Source of the DNA: Bifidobacterium breve
Lineage (GTDB): Bacteria; Actinomycetota; Thermoleophilia; Miltoncostaeales; Miltoncostaeaceae
DNA length: 64,000 nucleotides
Direction: 5' to 3'
Assembly (NCBI GenBank): GCA_945861935.1
Contig: CAMAVU010000001.1
Coordinates: 45,845-109,844, forward strand
The notes below the pieces were generated by a model that saw only the letters and a program-made list of their open reading frames with translations, was not told where the DNA came from and ran no database searches. Positions 53,880-63,245 of this stretch are shown here, one piece after another. Positions within the stretch are counted from its first letter, which is position 1; each line of letters starts with the position of its first letter. The position numbers and the translations under genes are program-made.

Positions 53880-54540
53880 GCGTCCAGATGGCCTCGACGC
53901 CGTCCTTCCACGTCAGCTTCTTCCCCTCCTCGCGGCTCCGGGCGACATACGAGATCGGCACCTCGTAGATGCGGTGGCCTGCCTGCACGAGTTTCCCCGT
54001 GATCTCGGGCTCGATGTTGAAGCCACTGCGGGTGAGGCCGAGGGCGCGCCAGGTCTCGACCGACATGACCTTGAAGCACGTCTCCATGTCCGAGATGTAG
54101 ATGTTGAACAGGATGTTCGTAGCGAGGGTCACCGCCCGGTTCCCCATGACATACCAGTACGAGTAGGCGGAGTGCGATGAGAATGTCCGTGAGCCGTACA
54201 CGACCGTCACGCCCGGCCTGTCGAAGGGCTCGAGCAGGGTGGGGTAGTCGGCCGGGTCGTATTCGAGGTCAGCGTCCTGGATGAGAGCCAGGTCGGACGT
54301 TGCGTGGGCGATCGCGGTGCGCACGGCGCCGCCCTTGCCCTGATTCACCTCGTGGCGGACCAGCGTGACCGGTCGTCGGAAACGCCTCGCCGCCAGAATC
54401 TCCGCGGTGCGGTCCGTGGAGCAGTCGTCCACGATGACGATCTGGGACACCTCATCGCGCGCCTCGACCGCGTCGAGGAGCTCCGCGAGGGTCGCCTCCT
54501 CGTTATAGACGGGGATGAGTACCGACAGGCTAGGGGGCAT
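53851..54540 (-). CDS. GT2 glycosyltransferase (soluble, polyprenyl-phosphate sugar synthase-like)
   Basis: An ATG at 54540 gives [35 protein letters not shown] (DxD) and [13 protein letters not shown]. Overlaps the upstream UPF0104 gene by 11 nt. Confidence 0.8.
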   Translation of the reverse strand: MPPSLSVLIPVYNEEATLAELLDAVEARDEVSQIVIVDDCSTDRTAEILAARRFRRPVTLVRHEVNQGKGGAVRTAIAHATSDLALIQDADLEYDPADYPTLLEPFDRPGVTVVYGSRTFSSHSAYSYWYVMGNRAVTLATNILFNIYISDMETCFKVMSVETWRALGLTRSGFNIEPEITGKLVQAGHRIYEVPISYVARSREEGKKLTWKDGVEAIWTLTRVRLRRR

Positions 54541-55588
54541 GGGTCTCCTTCGTGCCGGTGCTGCGGCGGGTAAGAGTTCGGACGTCGATGCCCCGGATGC
54601 CGGCATATGCGATGAGCCCGATACCCGCCACGATCGTCGGGATGAGCCATGTGGCCTGCATGAGCACCGAGAACGCGAAGGCATTATCACGACTCACGCC
54701 CGTGAGGCCCATTGCGGCCACCGCCAGCCACTGATAGGTGCCGACGAAGCCGGGCGATGATGGGATGGCGACGCCGAGATTGAGGACGGCAGCGACGAAC
54801 AGGATGTCCGTCGCGGACTGGGCGATGCCGAGGGAGGAGGCGATCGCCCATGCACCGCCAGCCCAGGCGAGCCAGGCCAGACCACTGAGGCCCGCGACCA
54901 CCATCGCATCGCGGGCGGTCACGATCGACGCGGCACCGCGGACGATTCCGGAAACGTGGTGGCGCAGGCGCCGTCTCACGACCGTGCCCGACACCCCCCG
55001 TGCACGACCGGTCGCCGACTTGTGTGTGTACCACCACGCGGCGGCCATGACGACCACCAGCGCCACCGCAACGGCGAGCATGACGTAGACGATGGTCTGG
55101 AGCCACGCCGGGTGCTCGACAAAGGGCAGGGTGATAACGAGGATCACCACGAGGGCGATGACATCGCTCGCGCGGTCCACGATGACTGTGGCCAGCGCGC
55201 GTGCTCCGGCGATGCCGGTGCGTCGTGAGAGCCAGTACGCGCGTACCACCTCGCCGGGGCGCCCCGGCACGACGTCGTTGATCGCAATGCTCCCCACCAC
55301 CATGGCGGTGAACACCGGCAGCGGCGCGGTCCCGTCACGCCGGGCGATGTAGCGCCACCTCTGCGCCTGGACCACGTACACGACCGCCATGGCGATGACG
55401 CCGACGACCACGAGGCCGACGCGGGCCTGGCTCAGGGCGTCTGTGACCGCGTGGAAGTCCACACCGCGGACCGCCAGCCACAGGAACAGGAGGCTGAGCG
55501 GGACGCCGACAATCGTTCCGATCATGACGACACGACGGGAGATCAGCGGACTGTCGGCGGTCACCCCCGGGGGCTCCGGCGTACTCAT
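54530..55588 (-). CDS. UPF0104 / lysylphosphatidylglycerol-synthase-TM-region (flippase-like) membrane protein
   Basis: 352 aa, about 8 TM segments. [19 protein letters not shown] and [15 protein letters not shown] resemble the PF03706 family. ATGA overlap with the upstream gene. Confidence 0.7.
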   Translation of the reverse strand: MSTPEPPGVTADSPLISRRVVMIGTIVGVPLSLLFLWLAVRGVDFHAVTDALSQARVGLVVVGVIAMAVVYVVQAQRWRYIARRDGTAPLPVFTAMVVGSIAINDVVPGRPGEVVRAYWLSRRTGIAGARALATVIVDRASDVIALVVILVITLPFVEHPAWLQTIVYVMLAVAVALVVVMAAAWWYTHKSATGRARGVSGTVVRRRLRHHVSGIVRGAASIVTARDAMVVAGLSGLAWLAWAGGAWAIASSLGIAQSATDILFVAAVLNLGVAIPSSPGFVGTYQWLAVAAMGLTGVSRDNAFAFSVLMQATWLIPTIVAGIGLIAYAGIRGIDVRTLTRRSTGTKETHAP

Positions 55589-57675
55589 CCGGCGGGGAGC
55601 GGCGGGAGCGGGTTGAGGATGCGCACGCCGTAGCTCTCGGGCTGTCCCGCGACGGCCTTCCAGTGCTCCTTCGGACGGATGACGATGGGCGTCCAGCGGT
55701 TCGTGGCGGGCACGGGCAGGGTCACCCGCGTTGCCGCTGGCAGGGCCACGGTGCGCAGCACCCCGTCCACGACGCCGATCCGCACCTCGTTCGTGATCGG
55801 AGCCGGGTCGAGGACGACCTGGATGGGCGGCGCTCCCGGACGACGGATCGCCCAGAGATAGGCATCACCTGAGCGGCTCAACTGCCCCTCCACCGACGGC
55901 GAATCCCAGCCGGTGCATGGTTGGACCGCGGTTGTCGCCCCGCTGATCGCATCCGCGGGCATCGAGCCGACGCCGGTGATCCGGGAGGGATCGATGGCCC
56001 ATGCGCGGACGCCGGAATCCGTGCCGATGGGGGTGACGCCGGGCATCCGGTCGAACGCGGTGATCATCGCCGAGGGGTTCCATGCCGACCAGGGGGTTCC
56101 GTAGTACGGCGGGTAGATGAGCACGTTCCGGATGTCGTGGCGGCGGATCGCAGCGACCTGCTGTGCGCCGACGATCCCGCAGTCCAGCGGCCTCAGTGCC
56201 TCCTGGCGGACCACCGCCTCCTTCGGTGTGTACGGCGAATAGCCGTTGGCGCTCCGCCTCGGATCGAAGATGGTCGCGTACATGTACGCGACCCCGGTCG
56301 TGTTCGTGACGTCGAACACTGGTGCGGAGATCACCGCCCCGGCTCGATCACCCAGCAGATGTTGCTGCGCCTGGAGGCCGGACGCCGAGGCCGATTCGAA
56401 CGGCACGAAGGACACGTCCCACGGGGCGATGGCGGCGATCGCGGCGATGCCGAGCGCTGCAGCGACCTTGCGATGTCGCTCCTCACCGATGAGTGCGAGA
56501 CCCCGGTTGACGGCGACCGCCGCGAGGAGAGCGAGCCCGACGCCGGCCAGCGGCAGTGGCCGGGTCACCGAGCGCGCGAACGACAGGACGCCGACGTTGT
56601 CGTGGAGCCAGCCAAACACCGGCGTCGCGGTGCCCATCACGAAGACCGCGAGGACGAGGCCCCAGCCGGCCCAGAACCACACGACCCGGCGTCGCCAGCC
56701 TGCGAGGATCCCCGCGGGGATCGCGAGAAGGCCGAGAATGCCGAGATACGCGAACTTCTCACCCCCCATCGAGGTGTCGCGCAGGAGCACGTTGCGCCCG
56801 GAGGGCGAGTAGATCTGCGCCTCCATGAGGGGTCGCCCGCCCGACCAGAACGAGTCCGAGATGAACCACCAGCGCATCGCGAGCGCGGCGAGAAGGGCGA
56901 GGGCAATCCCTGCGATGACCACCCAGAGTGCACGCTCACGGAAGAGGCGTGTTCCCAGACGCAGGACCGCGTACGAGCCGGTGATGAGGGCCCCGAACAG
57001 GGCGAAGTAGAATTCCCCTGCCTGCACGATGGTGATGAGGGTGATCGCGTAGCCGATCGACCACCAGATGCGCCCCCGGGTCGTACGGGAACGTGCGGCC
57101 CGCTCGATCAGCCACAGGGCTACCGGCACGAGAATCACGAGCCAGGCGACGTAGTGACCGAACAGGCGGTTCACCCGGGCCGGGAAGAACGCCATGACGA
57201 GCCCCCCCGCGATGGCCCCCGCCCGCCCGATTCCCGTCGCGCGCAGCCATAGGTACGTGGCCCCCGCAGCGAGGGGATACGTGAGGACGAGCACGGCGTT
57301 GTAGGCGATGGTCGTGCCGAAGATGAGGAAGATCCCGAAGAGCGGCGCAAAGGGCCACCCCATCTGGTTCGGGATCCCCTCGGTGAGGGCACCGAACGCG
57401 AAGGGGTCCACGTAGGGGTTCGACATGTGGCCGATTTGCCAGAGCCATGTCCACCAGTGGTACAGGGGTTCGAAGGCATCGCCGTAGAAGAAGCCCGGCC
57501 CGCCGGGGTTCCCGCCTGTGATGATTCCCGAGGCGAACCCGCCGACGGCTGGCCCGATACTCCACAGACCCAACCCCAGCACGGCGAGGAACCCTGCGAT
57601 CCCCAGCGTCATCACCCGGACCCGGCGCCCGAGTCGGCTCCAGGTCGTGCGTATCCGGCGCAGCACGCGGGGCAC
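55585..57675 (-). CDS. large polytopic membrane protein with C-terminal extracytoplasmic domain (GT-C-like glycosyltransferase candidate)
   Basis: 696 aa: about 11-12 N-terminal TM segments followed by a roughly 250-aa soluble C-terminal domain. Context: polyprenyl-P-sugar synthase genes downstream in the same operon. I recognise no family motif with certainty. Confidence 0.55.
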   Translation of the reverse strand: MPRVLRRIRTTWSRLGRRVRVMTLGIAGFLAVLGLGLWSIGPAVGGFASGIITGGNPGGPGFFYGDAFEPLYHWWTWLWQIGHMSNPYVDPFAFGALTEGIPNQMGWPFAPLFGIFLIFGTTIAYNAVLVLTYPLAAGATYLWLRATGIGRAGAIAGGLVMAFFPARVNRLFGHYVAWLVILVPVALWLIERAARSRTTRGRIWWSIGYAITLITIVQAGEFYFALFGALITGSYAVLRLGTRLFRERALWVVIAGIALALLAALAMRWWFISDSFWSGGRPLMEAQIYSPSGRNVLLRDTSMGGEKFAYLGILGLLAIPAGILAGWRRRVVWFWAGWGLVLAVFVMGTATPVFGWLHDNVGVLSFARSVTRPLPLAGVGLALLAAVAVNRGLALIGEERHRKVAAALGIAAIAAIAPWDVSFVPFESASASGLQAQQHLLGDRAGAVISAPVFDVTNTTGVAYMYATIFDPRRSANGYSPYTPKEAVVRQEALRPLDCGIVGAQQVAAIRRHDIRNVLIYPPYYGTPWSAWNPSAMITAFDRMPGVTPIGTDSGVRAWAIDPSRITGVGSMPADAISGATTAVQPCTGWDSPSVEGQLSRSGDAYLWAIRRPGAPPIQVVLDPAPITNEVRIGVVDGVLRTVALPAATRVTLPVPATNRWTPIVIRPKEHWKAVAGQPESYGVRILNPLPPLPAG

Positions 57676-57711
57676 CCTAGCAGCGGCGGCTCGGGGGGCT
57701 AGGCTGCCGGA

Positions 57712-59118
57712 GTGCGCCCTCCCGAGGCGGTGATCACCATTCTGCGTCGCCCGCTGTCGGTACTGCTGCTCGTGGTCAGCCTAGCGGTGCTGGCGGTCGG
57801 GATCATCCAACTGCAGGAGCAACTTCGCGGCGGCGGAGGGCGGGTGTACGACAACCCGTCGTGCATCCCGGAGACCCTGCCCGCGTGCCAGGGGCGATCC
57901 GATGTCTTTCCACTGCTCGTCGGCGCTCGTCTGGCGTGGCAGCGCGAATCGCCGTATGGCGCTGACCTGACGCGTGAGGTCGGCCGGTTCGCACCGCCCG
58001 ATATCGCCGAGGTGCACGCCTTCTACTACCCGTTGCCCATCGCCGTTCTCGTGACCCCGTTCGCGGCACTCCCCTATGCGTGGGGCGGCACATTGTTCAC
58101 GTGGGTCATGACGTTCGGGTTCGCCGGTCTCCTCGGTGTGACCATGCGGTTCGCATCGGTGGGCCGAATACCCTGGGGCATCGCCCTCGGCGGCTCAGCG
58201 GCTCTCGTTGCCGCGTCGCCCATGTTCCGCGGCGCGGCGTACCTGCAGCAGCCGGCACTGCTCCTCGCGGTACTGCAGGTGGGTCTGTGCCTCGCGATCG
58301 TTCGCGGGACGTGGCGATGGGCCGGGGTACTCGCGGCGCTGGGGCTGGTGAAGCCGCAGTTCGGCTTTCTGCCCGCGCTCGTCGTCCTTCTCATGATCGG
58401 CTGGCACGACCGGACACGACGCGGGCTTCTCGCCTTCGGTGCCACGGTCGGGGCCATGGCCGCCGTCTCATTCATTCTGGTGCCGTCGTGGATCGGCGGC
58501 TTCCGTGAGAGGGTCGACGCCTACGCGGAGGCGGGCCCGCGCCTGTCGGTTCTCGACTGGATGGGCGCGCCGTCCGGACTGGTCGTGGGTGGCGCGGTCA
58601 TCGTGGCCGCGGCACTCCTGGCCGGGGTCCTCAGGCGCCGGTTCGACCCGGCATCTCCCGAGGCGCCGTCCGCGCGAGTGGACCTCGCGGTGCTCGTCGT
58701 CGGGGCGCTGGCTCTCGCGATGCTCGTCATCCCGCGTCTTGATCCGCTCGTCGGCCCCTATGACCACCTGTTCCTTCTCATCCCCGTTGCGCTGCTGACG
58801 GCGCGCGCCCTGATCGGCGGGGCATTGCGAATCACCGTGGGTGTTATCGCGCTTCTTGTGCCGGTATGGGCCATCATCGGGCGCGAATGGCTCGGGTGGC
58901 ACCAGTGGGGAACCGATCTCCTGCTGGGAGTCCAGGAGATCATCGGCTTCGCCCCGCCCCCGGGATTCCACTACGCGACGAACATCACCGACTACTTCCT
59001 CCAGAGCTGGGCGCCGTTCGCCGTGGTGGTGCTCGCCATCGCCTGCGCCGCACCGGGCATCCGTGATTGCGCCCAGTGGCTCCGCGCGCGTGTCGCGGAG
59101 CGCGCGTCGGTAGGGTAA
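57712..59118 (+). CDS. GT87/DUF2029-like membrane glycosyltransferase (polyprenyl-P-mannose-dependent type)
   Basis: 468 aa, polytopic. FYYPLPIAVLVTPFA and LGLVKPQFGFL (the KPQ motif typical of DUF2029/GT87). Only 36 bp separate it from the divergent GT-C-like gene. Confidence 0.65.
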   Translation: MRPPEAVITILRRPLSVLLLVVSLAVLAVGIIQLQEQLRGGGGRVYDNPSCIPETLPACQGRSDVFPLLVGARLAWQRESPYGADLTREVGRFAPPDIAEVHAFYYPLPIAVLVTPFAALPYAWGGTLFTWVMTFGFAGLLGVTMRFASVGRIPWGIALGGSAALVAASPMFRGAAYLQQPALLLAVLQVGLCLAIVRGTWRWAGVLAALGLVKPQFGFLPALVVLLMIGWHDRTRRGLLAFGATVGAMAAVSFILVPSWIGGFRERVDAYAEAGPRLSVLDWMGAPSGLVVGGAVIVAAALLAGVLRRRFDPASPEAPSARVDLAVLVVGALALAMLVIPRLDPLVGPYDHLFLLIPVALLTARALIGGALRITVGVIALLVPVWAIIGREWLGWHQWGTDLLLGVQEIIGFAPPPGFHYATNITDYFLQSWAPFAVVVLAIACAAPGIRDCAQWLRARVAERASVG

Positions 59119-59159
59119 GCGGCCCCGGATTCTGCGCGCGCGGCCGCGTCCCGCGAGCA

Positions 59160-59900
59160 TCAGGCGCGTAGTGGCCCTCTCCGCAGGCGCCGGAGGCGCG
59201 GAACGCCCACCGCCGCCTCCAGCACGATGCGCCGAGACATCTTCGACGTGCCCCGCACGCGGTCGGTGAAGATGATCGGCACCTCCACGATCCGGAATCC
59301 CTGGAGCATGGCCCGGTACGTCATCTCGATCTGGAAGACGTATCCGGCGGCATGAACATCGTTGAGTGGGATTGCCTCCAGGACCTCGCGCCGGAAGCAC
59401 TTGAAGCCACCCGTGAGGTCCTCGATGGGGATGCCGAGGATGATGCGGGCGTAGATGCACCCCCCGTGGCTGATCGCGCGCCGGATGATTCCCCAGTTCA
59501 CCGTGCCCCCGCCGGGGACATAGCGCGACCCGAGCGCGAGGTCGGCGTCGGCGGTGGCGCGGATGAGGTCCGGGATCAGCGCCGGATCGTGGGAGAAGTC
59601 GCAGTCCATCTCGACGATGTGCGTGGCGCCCTCGGCCAGCGCCAGACGGAAGCCGTCGCGATATGCGGGGCCGATGCCCTCCTTCCGGGGGCGGTGCAGG
59701 ACGCGTACCCGTGGGTCGACGGCCGCCATTCGGTCTGCGAGGGCCCCGGTGCCGTCGGGTGAGCCGTCATCCATGACGAGGACGGTGAAATCTGTGGCCT
59801 CGTCAGCGAGCGTCGTGAGCACCCGTGTGACCAGCGCCTCGAGATTCTCCCTCTCGTTGTAGGTGGGAACGCACACCCAAACGCGTGGTCGCCCGGTCAT
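59160..59900 (-). CDS. ppm1: polyprenol-phosphate mannose synthase (Ppm1/Dpm1-like GT2)
   Basis: An ATG at 59900 gives MTGRPRVWVCVPTYNERENL. VMDDGSPDGT, EMDCDFSHDP, GSRYVPGG and TGGFKCFRREVLE are hallmark Dpm1/Ppm1 motifs. ATGA overlap with the upstream GT4 stop. Confidence 0.85.
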   Translation of the reverse strand: MTGRPRVWVCVPTYNERENLEALVTRVLTTLADEATDFTVLVMDDGSPDGTGALADRMAAVDPRVRVLHRPRKEGIGPAYRDGFRLALAEGATHIVEMDCDFSHDPALIPDLIRATADADLALGSRYVPGGGTVNWGIIRRAISHGGCIYARIILGIPIEDLTGGFKCFRREVLEAIPLNDVHAAGYVFQIEMTYRAMLQGFRIVEVPIIFTDRVRGTSKMSRRIVLEAAVGVPRLRRLRRGPLRA

Positions 59901-60994
59901 CGCCTCACGGTCTCGATGAGCGCGAGGTACCGCTCCGCGCACCGGTCCCACCCGAAGCGCTCGACGGCTCGTGCACGCGCCCGTTCACCGAGGGCGTCGC
60001 GTCGGTGGGGGTTGGCGATCAGGTCACCGAGAACCTGCGCCAGACCCCCGGGGCCGTCCGCGAGGGGGAAGACGGCGGCCGCGTCGCCGACCACCTCGAG
60101 GTTGGGGGCATGGTCGCTCACGACAAGGGGCGCACCCGCGGCAAGCGCCTCCACGATGACCGGGTGCGTTCCACCGACCTCGGTCGGGGCGCACATCAGT
60201 CCCGCACGGTGCACGAGCTCACGGTATCCATCCCCGAACACGTAGCCGGGGAAGATGACCGACGGCCCGGCCTCTGCCCGCAGGGCCCCGATGTAGGCGG
60301 AGGAATACGGGGCGTCGCCCACGATGACGAGCGGCCACGTCGGCGCGAGGGTCGCGTGTGCGCGCACGAGCAGGTGGGCGTTGTTCTCGGGAACGAGGCG
60401 CCCCACGAACAGGATGAACCGCCCCGGCTCCACCCCGAGGGCCTCGCAGGTCGCCGTGGTCCCCGGGTCGGGCATCGAGGCGCCGTAGGGGATCGCCAGA
60501 AGCCGTCGCCCGAAGCGCTCCTCGTACAGATCGGCCACGCTCTCGGAGTCCGTGATCGCGATGGTCGCACTCGCCGCCGCCATTCGTTCCGTCTGGCGGA
60601 TGAGCCGCCGTGCGAGGCGCGGCCACTTCGCGCGCTCGGAGTCCATCCCGTCGATCTGCAGAATGCTCGGCACCCCGGCCATCCGTGCGAACGGGACGAG
60701 GGGTGCGTTACCCGCGATGAAGTAGATGGCCGCATCCGGTCGCTCGCGCGCCACCAGATGGACGGTGCTCACCGCCGTATGCACGATCGTGTCGAGGTAC
60801 TTGGTGCGGATGGTCGGGAGGTGGACGAGGCGGGCTCCGGCGTGTTCGGCCCGCCGCCCGGTCATGTGGGGCCGGCAGTACACAGTCACCTCGTGACCCC
60901 GGGCCGAGAACTCGAGGGCGAGGTGCTCAACCGCGGTCTCGAACCCCGAGTAGGCCGCGGGGATGCCACGGGTACCGATGAGGGCGATCTTCAC
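59897..60994 (-). CDS. GT4 glycosyltransferase with DUF1972-type N-terminus
   Basis: A GTG at 60994 gives VKIALIGTRGIPAAYSGFETAVEHL (DUF1972 signature IGTRGIPAxYxGFET). FVGRLVPENN and GGTHPVIVEALAAGAPLVVS. The track ORF extension to 61870 overlaps the membrane genes and was rejected. Confidence 0.8.
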   Translation of the reverse strand: MKIALIGTRGIPAAYSGFETAVEHLALEFSARGHEVTVYCRPHMTGRRAEHAGARLVHLPTIRTKYLDTIVHTAVSTVHLVARERPDAAIYFIAGNAPLVPFARMAGVPSILQIDGMDSERAKWPRLARRLIRQTERMAAASATIAITDSESVADLYEERFGRRLLAIPYGASMPDPGTTATCEALGVEPGRFILFVGRLVPENNAHLLVRAHATLAPTWPLVIVGDAPYSSAYIGALRAEAGPSVIFPGYVFGDGYRELVHRAGLMCAPTEVGGTHPVIVEALAAGAPLVVSDHAPNLEVVGDAAAVFPLADGPGGLAQVLGDLIANPHRRDALGERARARAVERFGWDRCAERYLALIETVRR

Positions 60995-61026
60995 GCGCGC
61001 AGGATACGGGCGGCGCGCATGGGTGG

Positions 61027-61338
61027 TCAGAGTCCTCCGAAGACCCCGCCGGGCAGGGGCATGAGCACGGTGAGGATGAGGGGCGCGATCATCACCACGG
61101 TTCTCCACCCGGTCGGTGCGGATCGCACGATGACAAGCATGCCCAGCACCATCAGGGGCGCAAGGTTGCGCGCGAAGGCGTAGGGCTCGGCCCACAGGGC
61201 CGTCCCGAAGACCAGCGTCAGCGCCGCACCCACTGCGACCGTCACTCCGATGTCGTCCTTCCTCCGCCGCGCGACCACGAGAGCGGTGGCGATGAGTACG
61301 GATACGACGAGCATGAAAGCGATTGACCAGAGCCCCAC
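61027..61338 (-). CDS. small membrane protein, or the C-terminal portion of the preceding gene
   Basis: 103 aa from a GTG, three TM segments. It is in the same frame as 61408-62169 and separated from it by a single TAG plus 23 sense codons with high GC3. Confidence 0.4.
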   Translation of the reverse strand: MGLWSIAFMLVVSVLIATALVVARRRKDDIGVTVAVGAALTLVFGTALWAEPYAFARNLAPLMVLGMLVIVRSAPTGWRTVVMIAPLILTVLMPLPGGVFGGL

Positions 61339-61407
61339 CCGGCCCGCGAGGAGACCCGCTCCGAGCGTGTCGCGGAGGAAGGAGATCGGTCCCTCGAGCG
61401 GGAGGCC

Positions 61408-62169
61408 CTAGGTTCCGGGTCCGGATGCCATGATGCCCGGCTCCCCGAGATGCACGGTGAGCCAGGTCTGCCACAGGGCGAACGCCGTGAGGGCACCCCC
61501 TGCTGCGAGGGCCCGACCCGGTTGGCGGCGGACCGCGTCCAGCACGAGCAGGGCAACGACGATCACTGCGAGCGACTCCCGCCCCAGCATCGCCAAAGCG
61601 AGAGCGGATCCGTATGCCCATGGGGGCGCGTGCTCCCGAAGCCAGAGTGCCCCGGCCAGCGTCGCCAGCGCGACCGGCTCGGTGAGGTCGCGCACCGCCG
61701 CCATCACGAGGCCCGGCAGGAGGCCGACGGCCAGTCCGAACCAGGCTGAGACTCCGGCCCGGATCGCGAACAGCCCGATCACTGCTGAGAGGAGGCCGAG
61801 CGCGATCATGTTGATGATGCCCATGGCCCATGCGGCCGCCACGGGGTTGCCGCCCCCGGATACGGCCCACGTGAGCGCCGGCAGCAGGACGCGTTGTGCC
61901 CGGTAGACCGGGGTGTCCAACGCGGCCTCAGTGGCCGGGTCGATCACCAGGGGATCGCGGGCCAGAGCGAAGTAGAACTGGCCGTCGTATCCGGTATCCG
62001 GGACGCGAACGGCCCCGTCGGGTACCCGGTCCACGGCGGCATTGTCGTGTCCTGCGGCGATCCACGTGGTCGGGTCGAACCCATGACGGGCGGACTGGCC
62101 GAGGAGGATCAGACAGGCCGCGAGGGCCGTCGCCAGGCCGACAAGCCATGGGGAGCGGACAGCGCTCAT
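61408..62169 (-). CDS. polytopic membrane protein, N-terminal portion (ends at an in-frame TAG)
   Basis: 253 aa with DTGYDGQFYFALARDP and several TM segments. ATGA overlap with the upstream GT2 stop. Same reading frame as 61027-61338. Confidence 0.55.
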   Translation of the reverse strand: MSAVRSPWLVGLATALAACLILLGQSARHGFDPTTWIAAGHDNAAVDRVPDGAVRVPDTGYDGQFYFALARDPLVIDPATEAALDTPVYRAQRVLLPALTWAVSGGGNPVAAAWAMGIINMIALGLLSAVIGLFAIRAGVSAWFGLAVGLLPGLVMAAVRDLTEPVALATLAGALWLREHAPPWAYGSALALAMLGRESLAVIVVALLVLDAVRRQPGRALAAGGALTAFALWQTWLTVHLGEPGIMASGPGT

Positions 62170-63029
62170 CGACGGATCCTGCCGACTGCCAGCAGCACCT
62201 CTCCGGTGATCGCCGCCAGGGTGGCGGGGATGAGCCCCCGGACCCCCGGGCGGTGCTTGCGGATGAGCACTGCCATGGTGCGATGCGCCGCCGTGTTGGC
62301 CTGGGGCGTGCGCCGGCCGTCGCGGTTCGATCCTCCGCCCACATGCACCACGTCCACGCCGGGCCAGTAACGGACGACCCAGCCGTGCTCACGGAAGCGC
62401 ATGCAGAGGTCAATGTCCTCGGCGTACATGAAGAACTGCTGGTCGAAGCCGCCCACCTGATGCAGGGCCCGGGATCGCATGAGCATGAAGGCGCCCGACA
62501 CCGCGTCCACATCGGCGGGGCGGTCGTCAGGCAGGTCGCGCAGCACGTAGGCCCGGGCGCTCCGCCACGGCAGCACGCGGTCGAGGCCCGTGATGAAGCA
62601 GAACGCCGACCAGGCCGTGGGGAAGCTCCTGTGGCACCGGGGGTCGAGGCGGCCGTGCGGGTCAACCACGCGCGGCGTGAGCACCCCGATCCGGGGGTCG
62701 GCCCACAGGATGTTGAGGCATGCGCGCAGCGCACCGGACGGGATGACGGTATCCGGGTTCAGGACCAGGACGGCACGGCCGCGCGCACGTGCCATACCCT
62801 GATTGGCGGCACGGGCGAAGCCGGTGTTCGCCGGGCACTCGATCAGGGCGACGCCGGGGTGGTCGCGTGCCACCCCTGGAGTGGCATCACCGCTCGCGTT
62901 GTCCACAACGATCACCTCGAGCGCGATCTCGGCGTGCTGTGTATCGAGGCTGGAGAGGCACGCGGTCAGGTGGTGGGCGCAGCGATACGACACGATCACC
63001 ACGCTGAGTTCGGGTGCGCTCACCCCCAC
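62166..63029 (-). CDS. GT2 glycosyltransferase (WbbL/rhamnosyltransferase-like)
   Basis: LSVVIVSYRCAHHL, VVDNASGD, NTGFARAANQG and YAEDIDLCMR. GTG start at 63029 or 63023. The upstream 30 aa of the track ORF are Arg/His-rich. Confidence 0.8.
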   Translation of the reverse strand: MGVSAPELSVVIVSYRCAHHLTACLSSLDTQHAEIALEVIVVDNASGDATPGVARDHPGVALIECPANTGFARAANQGMARARGRAVLVLNPDTVIPSGALRACLNILWADPRIGVLTPRVVDPHGRLDPRCHRSFPTAWSAFCFITGLDRVLPWRSARAYVLRDLPDDRPADVDAVSGAFMLMRSRALHQVGGFDQQFFMYAEDIDLCMRFREHGWVVRYWPGVDVVHVGGGSNRDGRRTPQANTAAHRTMAVLIRKHRPGVRGLIPATLAAITGEVLLAVGRIRR

Positions 63030-63245
63030 CAGATGAAGGGCAGTCCATCCGCGATGGCTGCGCGCCTGGGCGCCCGCCTGTCGCGCTCGCTGGTGATCGG
63101 GGGGATGGCGGCCCACGCGATGCCGGGGTCCGGGTCGCCGTGCACTGCGGGCTCGATCACGACCACGCCCGGCAGCACGGTGGGGAGCGCTCTCATGGGC
63201 TCATCGTAGGGACGTGGCCCTCGTCGGCAGGCGTCGCCCCCGGGG

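Noticed and set aside
61408-61410. In-frame TAG as a recoded (pyrrolysine-type) codon
   Set aside because: No pyl genes or other recoding signals are visible, and Actinomycetota-like context makes this improbable. Nonsense mutation, sequencing error or a gene split are simpler explanations.
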